From the sequence record CP049014.1: a stretch of DNA of 32,000 nt; one strand, written 5' to 3'. This document shows, one piece after another, positions 9,916 through 19,059 of the stretch. Position 1 is the stretch's first letter, and every line of letters starts with the position of its first letter. Both the position numbers and the translations under genes were made by a program. Below the pieces are notes generated by a model. It did not search any database and was not told where the DNA came from. It was given only the letters and a program-made list of their open reading frames with translations.

Positions 9916-9963
9916 TCCGGGTCCCTTAAATAATAATTATTGGTAAATAATAATGGGGACCCC
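9916..9963 (+). other. Orphan ori-like B/loop/A hairpin (no cluster C, no promoter)
   Basis: tccgggtccc + ttaaataataattattggtaaataataat + ggggacccc. Same orientation and near-identical geometry to 9115-9166. Confidence 0.7.
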
Positions 9964-10106
9964 TTTATAAGGAAACTATAAATTATATAAAATATATGAA
10001 ATATATAATAAAATAATAATAAAAAGGAATAATAATAATAATTCAAATAATATAATTAATTATTATATAATATAGAATATATAGATTTATATTAATAATA
10101 GTACCC

Positions 10107-10148
10107 GCGGTCACAAACCCAGCTAATTTTAGCTGGGTTTGTGACCGC
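10107..10148. repeat. Singleton perfect hairpin, 18-bp arms and 6-nt loop
   Basis: gcggtcacaaacccagct aatttt agctgggtttgtgaccgc. Not related to the other cluster families in the window. Confidence 0.85.
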
Positions 10149-10252
10149 TTAATTAAACTTACTTAATTTTACTTAATATTATAAAATATTTTATAAAATG
10201 TTAATATATAATAAAATACTTATTATAAATAAATAAATAATATAATACTCAT

Positions 10253-10350
10253 AGTCCGGCTCGCCCCACTATTTATATATAATAAATTCTAAATAATTCC
10301 CAAATAATTATTTACTTAATGGGGGGGGGCGGATGAATAGCCGAAGGAGA
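10253..10350 (-). repeat. Composite GC cluster split by a ~50-nt conserved AT module (copy 1, reverse)
   Basis: agtccggctcgcccc-[AT module]-gggggggggcggatgaatagccgaaggaga. Reverse complement of the module: agtaaataattatttgggaattatttagaatttattatatataaatag. Confidence 0.75.
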
Positions 10351-10829
10351 AATAAATAATAACTTAAAAAATTTTTATATAAATTAATATTATCTTAATA
10401 ATTAATAATTCATAAATAATGTTTAATATTATTATAAATAATATATATGTAAATATATAATAAATATATGTATATCTTTCTTTAATTTTATATAAAATAT
10501 AATATATAATAATAATTATATAATATTTCATTAAATAATTTTATCTTTTCTATTTTAATACTTATTCCTCGCGGGACTAAATATAATAATACTTTATTGA
10601 TACTTTCTTTAGATATATGACTTTCCTAATTCTTCTTTATTTATATATAATAAATTAATAAATAATCCTCCTTATGGGATACCGGGGCTTAATAATAATT
10701 AACTTTATAAGTGATAATATAACAAGTAAAACTTTATTAAAAGATAATATATACTATATATCAATAATCTATTATAATTTTAATTTAACATATTGTTTAT
10801 AATAATAAACCTTTTATATTATTTTATTA

Positions 10830-10926
10830 TCTCCTTCAAATGGCGTCCGGCCCCCCGTTAAGTAAATTATTATTTCTGATAATTTATAATTTATTATTAA
10901 TAAATAGGGGGGCGGGCGACCAGACT
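10830..10926 (+). repeat. Composite GC cluster with AT module (copy 2)
   Basis: tctccttcaaatggcgtccggccccccgtta-agtaaattattatttctgataatttataatttattattaataaatag-gggggcgggcgaccagact. Confidence 0.8.
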
Positions 10927-10966
10927 TTATATTAGAATATTATTATTAATATATATTATTATTTAT

Positions 10967-11005
10967 ACTCCTCGCTGGGTTCGGGTCCCTCCGGCCCCCA
11001 GGACT
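10967..11005. repeat. GC cluster
   Basis: actcctcgctgggttcgggtccctccggcccccaggact. Confidence 0.75.
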
Positions 11006-11079
11006 ATAATTAATTAATTAATAAATAATGTTTAATTTTACTTTTAATAATCTTTTATGTATATGATTTAATTATATTT

Positions 11080-11123
11080 GGGGCCCTTAAATCTTTATTT
11101 TAAATATTAACATATGGGCCCCC
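11080..11123. repeat. GGGGCCC / AT loop / GGGCCCCC hairpin (ori A/B-like geometry)
   Basis: ggggccc (11080-11086), 29-nt AT loop, gggccccc (11116-11123). The arms are reverse complements. Confidence 0.65.
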
Positions 11124-11235
11124 TATTTTATTGATTATAAAGAATTTATCTTACTCCTCATGGATATCGGGTCATTACAGGCACCAGGACTTATTAATAT
11201 ATTATTAAAAAATATATTATCTATATAATTTAATT

Positions 11236-11295
11236 TCCTACAATTGGTGTCCGTCCGCGGAGCGGAGCGTATAGCGGAGCGTAGCGGGCGGGACT
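11236..11295 (+). repeat. GC cluster with expanded, inverted micro-repeat core
   Basis: ttcctacaattggtgtccgtccgcggagcggagcgtatagcggagcgtagcgggcgggact. Confidence 0.8.
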
Positions 11296-11484
11296 CTATT
11301 ATAATAAAAATAATATAAAAAAGAATATAAATATTTATATGATTTATTATATTATTATAAAAGTATTATATTCTATTATATTTATATCTTAAAAATATTA
11401 TTAGACTTCTTCATATATTCATCTATTAGACTAAAGTATTAATTATTAATTATAATATTACTTCTAGTAATATAATTAATTTAT

Positions 11485-11493
11485 ATATAAGTA
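11485..11493 (+). promoter_or_regulatory. Orphan promoter-like nonanucleotide ATATAAGTA
   Basis: Exact consensus in the gene-free spacer, with no gene for >2 kb downstream. A second one (TTATAAGTA) is at 11799-11807. Confidence 0.4.
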
Positions 11494-11639
11494 TTATATA
11501 AGATATATAACTATTTAATAAAAATCTATGAAATAAGGTTATAATATAGAAATATTATAATATTCATATTAAGTCATAATAGAAAATTATATTATTTATT
11601 ATTGTATATATAGTATAGGTAATTATATTATTTATTATT

Positions 11640-11676
11640 AGTCCCGCCCCCTCCCTTATACTGGACCCCAAAGGAG
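11640..11676. repeat. GC cluster
   Basis: agtcccgccccctcccttatactggaccccaaaggag. Confidence 0.75.
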
Positions 11677-11882
11677 GTATATATTTAATCAAGTATTATA
11701 TATAATCTAAATATTTAAATATATTATAAGTCAATTAATTAATTATTATTTATTATCCTTTATTTAATTATTTCATTAATATTAATATTAATATTATATT
11801 ATAAGTATTAATAATTATATTTAAGTCTTAATATGATATAAAAGATATTTATATATATATGTATTATATAAAATACATATAA

Positions 11883-11934
11883 AGTGAGGGACCCGCCCTA
11901 TCCACATGGGTAGGGCGGGACCGAACCTATCGTT
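11883..11934 (-). repeat. GC cluster, 6757 family, copy 5 (reverse, diverged)
   Basis: agtgagggacccgccctatccacatgggtagggcgggaccgaacctatcgtt. Confidence 0.8.
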
Positions 11935-12054
11935 ATAGTTTAATTCTAATTATATATATAATTATATTGTATTAACTAAGGAGATATAAAGTATTAACTA
12001 AGGAGATATATTATAAAGTTATAGAAGAATATTAATAATTTATAGTAATAATAG

Positions 12055-12150
12055 AGTCCCGCCCGCTACGCTCCGCTCCGAGTAAATAATTATTTTATGA
12101 TAATTTATTATTTATTATTAATAAATAGGGCAGACACCAATTGTAGGAGA
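12055..12150 (-). repeat. Composite GC cluster with AT module (copy 3, reverse)
   Basis: agtcccgcccgctacgctccgctccg-agtaaataattattttatgataatttattatttattattaataaatag-ggcagacaccaattgtaggaga. Confidence 0.8.
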
Positions 12151-12228
12151 TTATATTTATAAATACATTATTTTTATAAGTGTATATTATATTTATAAAT
12201 ACATTATTCTTATAAATGTATATTATAT
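12151..12228. repeat. AT-rich tandem repeat, 36-bp unit x 2
   Basis: ttatatttataaatacattatttttataagtgtata / ttatatttataaatacattattcttataaatgtata. Confidence 0.75.
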
Positions 12229-12325
12229 TATTAAATATTTATCTATTTATATATTGTTACTTTATATATTCCCAATTGTGGGTATATTATTATATATATT
12301 ATAACATATTATTATATATATATAG

Positions 12326-12389
12326 AATATAGTTATTATTATATATAGTTATTATTGTATATAGTTATTATAGGATATAGTTATTATCT
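12326..12389. repeat. AT-rich tandem repeat, ~16-bp unit (atatagttattatt) x ~4
   Basis: atatagttattatt recurs four times with small variations. Confidence 0.65.
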
Positions 12390-12969
12390 AAGAATTATAT
12401 ATAATATAAATAGGTATGTACTCTCCTTATATATATATTAATATATATATTAGGTGAGGTTATTTATATTATATAAATTTATAACAATATATCTAAATTA
12501 TACTAAATATATAAAATATATTATTATTATTTTATTAATATTTATTATTACAAATTAATAATACTTAATTAAATATTAAAGAATATATCATTAATACTTT
12601 ATATAATCATTATTTTAAATATATTTAATAGATTAATTATGAATATATATTAAATAATAAAAGATAGTGTTATTAACACCTTAATAATTATTCTTTATAA
12701 TTCTATTCATAATTATAAATAAAGAATAATATTAATAATTATTATTACAATTATAAAAATATATAATCAATTATAAATAATATAATAAATAAATATAAAT
12801 ATTAAAGAGATAAATTATATATTATACAAAATATAATGTATTTATGTTTATATAAATATAAATATTTAAATAAAAGTATGAATTATAATATATATAATAT
12901 AAATTATATAAAAACTTATCATTAATATTATAAAATATAATCTATATAATGTTAATAAAATAATGTATT

Positions 12970-13017
12970 ACTCCTTCGGGGTCTCAGCCCCACTTGTATT
13001 AGTGGGAGGTCGGGGCT
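12970..13017. repeat. GC cluster
   Basis: actccttcggggtctcagccccacttgtattagtgggaggtcggggct. Confidence 0.75.
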
Positions 13018-13251
13018 AATAATAATGAATATATTTAACTTTTCTTAATAATATATTAACTCCTAGTGGGACTTAATAAATTATAATATATATAATTAAA
13101 ATATAATAATAAATATTAAGAATAATAACATATAAATAATACTTTCTTATGAGTGATTAAATAAATAATTTATATAAAGGTATATTAATTTAAATATTCT
13201 AATATGAATAATAAAGATTTTATTATAATCTAATAAATAAAGAATAAAGTC

Positions 13252-13283
<32 letters not shown>

Positions 13284-13351
13284 ATGATAATGTATTAATA
13301 ATAAAATAAATAAATAATTAAAGGTAATTATAATTAATATATAAATTATTT

Positions 13352-13386
13352 TCTTTGGCGTCCGGTCCGGCGGTAGCCGACCAGAC
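13352..13386 (+). repeat. GC cluster
   Basis: tctttggcgtccggtccggcggtagccgaccagact. Confidence 0.75.
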
Positions 13387-13461
13387 TATATATATAAAAT
13401 AATATTGAATATAATATATATAATTTCTTTAAATATTAATCTTTATGATTATACTATAGTA

Positions 13462-13470
13462 ATATAAGTA
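13462..13470 (+). promoter_or_regulatory. Nonanucleotide promoter ATATAAGTA (tRNA-Glu / COB unit)
   Basis: Exact consensus, 151 nt upstream of tRNA-Glu. Confidence 0.7.
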
Positions 13471-13518
13471 ATATAAAAAATATAAAGTAATAAAATAAAG
13501 ATATAAAAAATAATTAAT

Positions 13519-13573
13519 ACTCCTAGCGGGGTCCCAATTCAATAGGGCCTGGTGGGACCAATTTAATTGGGGC
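13519..13573. repeat. GC cluster
   Basis: actcctagcggggtcccaattcaatagggcctggtgggaccaatttaattggggct. Confidence 0.8.
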
Positions 13574-13620
13574 TATATTTAATTTATTTATGTTAAAATA
13601 TTTAATATATAATAAATATA

Positions 13621-13692
13621 GACCTTATCGTCTAATGGTTACGACATCACCTCTTCATGTTGAGAATATCGGTTCGAATCCGATTAAGGTTA
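13621..13692 (+). tRNA. trnE: tRNA-Glu (anticodon UUC)
   Basis: Acceptor GACCTTA/TAAGGTT. T arm ATCGG-TTCGAAT-CCGAT. Best anticodon arm is TCACC/GTTGA (one C-T mismatch) with loop TCTTCAT, giving anticodon TTC. Sits immediately upstream of COB, as tRNA-Glu does in S. cerevisiae. Confidence 0.75.
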
Positions 13693-14091
13693 TTCAAATA
13701 ATAATATGTTATATTATAAAATATATAATATATAATATATAATATATAATATATAATAATAAATAAATATCGATTGTTATTATACATAAATATAATAATA
13801 ATAATAATCATTATTAATTATTTAATAAAATAAATATATAAAATAATGATTAAATAATAAAAGTATATTAACTATAATATTAGTTAATATATACATAATA
13901 ATAAATAATTGTGAATATTAGATTATAATCAAATATTAACAATAATATAAAACAATATATAAATAATATCACATAATGATATTATAATATAATTATATAT
14001 AAAATAATAAATAAAAATATATATAATAAATATTAATTAATAATATATATATAAATATTAATAAAAAAAAAGTTATAAAATAAAATATAAA

Positions 14092-14127
14092 ACTCCTAGT
14101 GGGGTCCGGGCCCGAGGGCCCGGGGCT
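14092..14127. repeat. GC cluster in the COB 5' leader
   Basis: actcctagtggggtccgggcccgagggcccggggct. Confidence 0.8.
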
Positions 14128-14315
14128 TGAAATATATATATAATATATAATAATTGATAAAATTATAATAGTTAAATATATTGTGTTTTATAAAAATAAA
14201 GAATAAGTATATATATTATTAATTAATAAAAAGTATAATAAATAGTAATAATTAATATATTAAATTAAATAATATTAATTAATTATTGTTATTATATAAA
14301 TTATATAATAAATAT

Positions 14316-17300
14316 ATGGCATTTAGAAAATCAAATGTATATTTAAGTTTAGTGAACAGTTATGTTATTGATTCACCACAACCATCATCAATTAGTTATT
14401 GATGAAATATAGGTTCATTATTAGGTTTATGTTTAGTTATTCAAATTTTAACAGGTATTTTTATGGCTATGCATTATTCATCTAATATTGAGTTAGCATT
14501 TTCATCAGTAGAACATATTATGAGAGATACTCATAATGGTTATATTTTAAGATATTTACATGCTAATGGTGCATCATTCTTCTTTTTAGTTATGTATATG
14601 CATATGGCTAAAGGTATGTATTATGGTTCATATAGATCTCCAAGAGTACTATTATGAAATGTAGGTGTTATCATTTTCGTATTAACAATTGCTACAGCTT
14701 TCTTAGGTTAACAACAACAATAGCCTAAAATCATATAATTATTAATATTATATGGTAGTCTATAAAAATATATCTATAATAGATAACTGTTATTAGGAAT
14801 ATTATATTAAAATATAGGCAATATTAGTGAAAACGATCAAAGATTAATACAGTTGAGATCGTCGGTTAAATAAAGAGTCGCGACAGACTGGTTCACTGAT
14901 AGATATCTGAAATGATGTTTAATGCACAGTCGATTAATGTATTTAAATAAAAATAATAATAAAATAAATAAATTCAATAAGAATAATAATAATCTGTATA
15001 ATAAAAATAATAATAAAATGATTTCTTATGTGTAATTATATTATAAAAAATTCCATATAATAAAAAAATTAAATAGTTTTAAAATATTAGTTAGAAATTA
15101 TAATACTTCTTCTAAATTAGAATATAATATAAATAAAAAAAAATACTAAGTGTAGAAGAATTATAAAAAAAAATCATAAAATTAAATCTATAAAATATTG
15201 AGTAAATTTAGAATGTCCAAATAAAAAAGAAGAAATTATAAATTATTTAATAAAAAAACAAGGTATTTATTATATTGGTAATATAATGACAAATAAATTT
15301 TATATTGGTTCAGCAGGATATAATAATATATATGATAGATTTAATAATCATTTATATAGATTACGTGGTAGTTCTAATATTGCATTAGATGTAAAAAAAT
15401 ATGGTTTAAATACTTTTGTATATGATATAAAAAAAATATATGATAATGAAAGTATTGATAGATATATTTTATATAGTATTGAACAAATTTATTTATACCT
15501 AAAATTACCTACATATAATAGTGGTAATTTAAAGAATTTTTCTTTATCTAAATTTGATACTTTAGATCTTATTACTAATAAATTAAAATATGCTATTACT
15601 AATAATATTTATGGTATTTATTTAGATAAATATATAGCTATAGATAAATCTAATATAATAAAATATATAAATAAACATAATAATATTTATTATAATAATT
15701 TAAATAATGATTATAAACTATTATAAAAAATAGGTAAAGAGAAAATTATTAAAGGAGCTAGTTTATCTGTCGCTTTATATAATATAAATGATGAATTAGT
15801 TTGTGTTTTTCAATCTAGATTCTTAACTTCTCATTTATTATGTTGTAATGAAAAAAACTATTAGAAGAGCTATTAAAGAAAGAGGCTATATTTATATTCC
15901 TAATATTTTTATACCTTATTTAAAAGGTTTTTTTAATGTTTATAGTAAACCATTTATTGAAAATTTTAAACCTTTTGAATTAGAATATGTCTCTACTAAA
16001 AAAAAATGTTCTATTAGTTAAAGCTTCCGATTATAAATTAAATAATACTACTAAATTCTTAATTAAAAACTATCTACATAAATTTTAATATATTCTTTAT
16101 TATTAAATTTTATTAGATCTCCTATTTTTTTTATTTATATTTACCCTTTAATAATTACTTAATATTTAATATTTAGTATTTAAATGAGTAATTATTATTC
16201 TTAAATGAATCTTATTATTTTTATTTTTATTTTGTATTGTTGTGTTTATGGGCAGATATCACATTGAGGTGCACTAGTTATTACTAATTTATTTTCAGCA
16301 ATTCCATTTGTAGGTAATGACATTGTAGCTTGATTATGAGGAGGATTAAATAGAGAGGATCCACATTATAGTAATATAATGTTAAATAAATCTGTTTTAT
16401 GCTGGAACGTCTTCATTTGAATAATGAACTACTATATTATTAAATGATCCGCAAACATTATAATTATAATTATAATGTTTTGAGGGGGTATTTGAAATAA
16501 AAATAATAAAGTAAAAATGTTTATTATAAGAAGAAAATCAGCAGTAATAAATATTTTAAATTTGTATTTTATTAGAATAAAAATATTAATTACTCAGAGA
16601 CTAAATAGTAGTTATTTAAATACTATAATTATTCATGATAAGAATCATGAATTAAATACAGATAATCCTATTTATGCTTATATTGTTGGTTTATTTGAAG
16701 GAGATGGTTGAATTACTATTTCTAAAAAAGGTAAATATTTATTATATGAATTAGGAATAGAAATAAATATTAGAGATATTAAATTATTATATAAAATTAA
16801 AAATATTATTGGAGTTGGTAAAATTTCTATTAAAAAAATAAAAAATAAAGATGGTACTATTAAAGAAATATGTAAATATAATGTAAGAAATAAAAATCAT
16901 TTAATAAATATTATTATCCCTATTTTTGATAAATATCCTATATTAACAAATAAATATTATGATTATTTATTTTTTAAAGATAATTTATTAAAAGATATTA
17001 AATATTATAATGATTTACCTAAATATAAACGTCCTATAAAATCATTATACAACCTAGAAAATATTTTAAATAAAAATTATTTTTCTTATTGATTAATTGG
17101 TTTTATTGAAGCTGAAGGTTATTTTAATATTTATACTCTTAAAAATAATATTAAACTAGCTAGTTTTGAAGTATCTCAAACTAATAATTTAAAAATTATT
17201 GAAGCTATTAAAATTTATTTAAAAATTAGTCAAAATGTATATACTAATAAAGATAATAATTCAAGAATTACTCTAAAAAGTATTAGAGGTATTGAAAATA

Positions 17301-18395
17301 TTGTAAAATTTATAAATAAAAATCCTATAAAATTATTAGGATATAAAAGATTACAATATTTATTATTTTTAAAAGAATTACGTCTAATTTCTAAATATAA
17401 TAATAATTTAAATATTCCTCAAAATTATTAATATATTATAATATTTATCGATAAATTTATTTTATCAATCAATCAATCAATCAATCAATAAATATATGAC
17501 CCGCCGATTAATATTGCTAAGCTATATTCTCGAAGGGTATTATAATAAATAATTATAAGCATAAAGGATTAAGATATAGTCCGAACAATATAATGATATA
17601 TTGAGTATAGTAAGAATATAATATTACTTATTAACTATTACGTTATTTATCAATCCCCACCAATATAACATTGCAATGTTGTATCATGAAGGAGGATAAT
17701 ATATTTAATATTATATGTAACTATCAACATTCTTTTTTTTTTGCTCTGTATCAAATCCTCTAATCCAAAGATTCTTTGCATTACATTACTTAGTACCTTT
17801 TGTTATTGCAGCAATGGTTATTATGCATATGATGGCATTACATATTCATGGTTCATCTAATCCATTAGGTATTACAGGTAATTTAGATAGAATTCCAATG
17901 CATTCATATTTCGTATTTAAAGATTTAGTAACTGTATTTTTATTTATGTTAGTATTAGCATTATTTGTATTTTATTCACCAAATACTTTAGGTCATCCTG
18001 ATAATTATATTCCAGGTAATCCTTTAGTAACACCAGCGTCTATCGTACCTGAATGATACTTATTACCATTCTATGCTATTTTAAGATCTATTCCTGATAA
18101 ATTATTAGGTGTTATTCTTATGTTTGCAGCTATTTTAGTGTTATTAGTTTTACCATTTACTGATAGAAGTGTTGTTAGAGGTAATACTTTCAAAGTATTC
18201 TCTAAATTCTTCTTCTTTATCTTTGTATTCAATTTCGTATTATTAGGACAAATTGGAGCATGTCATGTAGAAGTACCTTATGTCTTAATGGGACAAATTG
18301 CTACATTTATCTACTTCGCATATTTCTTAATTATTGTACCTGTTATCTCTACTATTGAAAATGTTTTATTCTATATCGGTAGAGTTAATAAATAA
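14316..18395 (+). CDS. COB: Apocytochrome b, 385 codons; join(14316..14708,16235..16347,17744..18395)
   Basis: [16 protein letters not shown]...TAFLG | [38 protein letters not shown] | [19 protein letters not shown]...[11 protein letters not shown] at 18393-18395. Exons are 393+113+652 = 1158 nt. Each 5' exon ends in T and each intron ends in G. Track ORFs 14463.., 17814.. and 18120.. are fragments split at TGA. Confidence 0.95.
14709..16234 (+). mobile_element. Group I intron inserted after COB nt 393 (between codons 131 and 132)
   Basis: Interrupts ...FLG|YCC.... A GC-richer structured core lies at ~14760-14940, the ORF is 3' of the core, and the terminal G is at 16234. Confidence 0.85.
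15133..16021 (+). pseudogene. Intron-encoded GIY-YIG homing endonuclease ORF, C-terminal half disrupted
   Basis: In code 3 the frame is open from ATA15133. Motif [20 protein letters not shown] spans 15256-15315, with GIY at 15262-15270 and YIG at 15301-15309. In-frame TAA at 15724-15726. Frameshift in the A7 run 15851-15857. The DNA-binding-like tail [20 protein letters not shown]... ends at TAA 16019-16021. Confidence 0.75.
16348..17431 (+). CDS. Intron-encoded LAGLIDADG maturase/endonuclease, in frame with COB exons 1-2 (bI3-maturase-like), intact
   Basis: No TAA or TAG from the exon 2 junction to TAA 17429-17431. Motif 1 is [16 protein letters not shown] and motif 2 is [15 protein letters not shown]. 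Track ORF 16517..16711 is an internal fragment. Translated as join(14316..14708,16235..17431). Confidence 0.85.
17464..17487. repeat. (ATCA)6 microsatellite inside the bI3-site intron
   Basis: atcaatcaatcaatcaatcaatca, 33 nt after the maturase stop. Confidence 0.9.
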
Positions 18396-18473
18396 TTATT
18401 ATTGTTTACTATTGATAAATAAAAAAAATAAAAATCATAATTATTATTAATATCTTTATTAATAATATAATTT

Positions 18474-18485
18474 AATAATATTCTT
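18474..18485 (+). promoter_or_regulatory. mRNA 3'-end processing dodecamer AATAATATTCTT (COB)
   Basis: Exact match, 79 nt after the COB stop. Confidence 0.75.
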
Positions 18486-18650
18486 TTATTTACCCTTTAT
18501 TAATTATAAACTTTATACTCCACATGACTATTTTTTTTTTTATTATTCATTTTATTTTTTTTTATTTATTAGGTATTAATATAAATTATTAATTATTTAA
18601 AATAATAATTAAATACGAACTATAGGATCTTTTTTTTTATATATTTATTA

Positions 18651-18712
18651 AGTCCGCCTACGCTACGCTCTACGCTACGCTACGCTCCGCGGACGGACAC
18701 CAATTGTAGGAG
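18651..18712 (-). repeat. GC cluster with expanded TACGC micro-repeat
   Basis: agtccgcctacgctacgctctacgctacgctacgctccgcggacggacaccaattgtaggag. Confidence 0.85.
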
Positions 18713-18800
18713 AATATCAATAATTCATTAATATTAATGTTATAATTTCTTTATAGTATTAAATAATTTAGAATATTCATATATTCTTATTATATATATT

Positions 18801-18809
18801 TTATAAGTA
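18801..18809 (+). promoter_or_regulatory. Nonanucleotide promoter TTATAAGTA (tRNA-fMet / RPM1 / tRNA-Pro unit)
   Basis: Consensus match, 41 nt upstream of tRNA-fMet. Confidence 0.75.
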
Positions 18810-18849
18810 ATATAATATAAAGTCTCAAAGGATATAATAAATATATAAA

Positions 18850-18922
18850 TGCAATATGATGTAATTGGTTAACATTTTAGGGTCATGACCTAATTATATA
18901 CGTTCAAATCGTATTATTGCTA
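18850..18922 (+). tRNA. trnfM: Initiator tRNA-fMet (anticodon CAU)
   Basis: tgcaatatgatgtaattggttaacattttagggtcatgacctaattatatacgttcaaatcgtattattgcta. Anticodon arm TAGGG-TCATGAC-CCTAA. Positions 1:72 are unpaired (T-T), which is initiator-like. Confidence 0.92.
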
Positions 18923-19003
18923 ATAATTAATATATAATATTATTCTAATGGTATATCTATTGGAACTATATTAATATATATTATAATCATATTTATATAT
19001 AAA

Positions 19004-19058
19004 AGTGAGGTATCCGCCCTCCCATATCCATATGGATGGCGGGACCGAACCCCTAGTT
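19004..19058 (-). repeat. GC cluster, 6757 family, copy 6 (reverse, diverged)
   Basis: agtgaggtatccgccctcccatatccatatggatggcgggaccgaacccctagtt. Confidence 0.8.
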
Positions 19059-19059
19059 T

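Larger units (their letters stand above)
16348..17743 (+). mobile_element. Group I intron after COB nt 506 (S. cerevisiae bI3 site)
   Basis: Splits Phe169 (TT|C). The S element aagatatagtcc is at 17571-17582. Terminal G at 17743. Confidence 0.88.

Noticed and set aside
15286-15726. ATG15286 as the start of the GIY-YIG protein
   Set aside because: This start would remove the GIY half of the motif (15262-15270). The frame is open upstream to ATA15133 under code 3.
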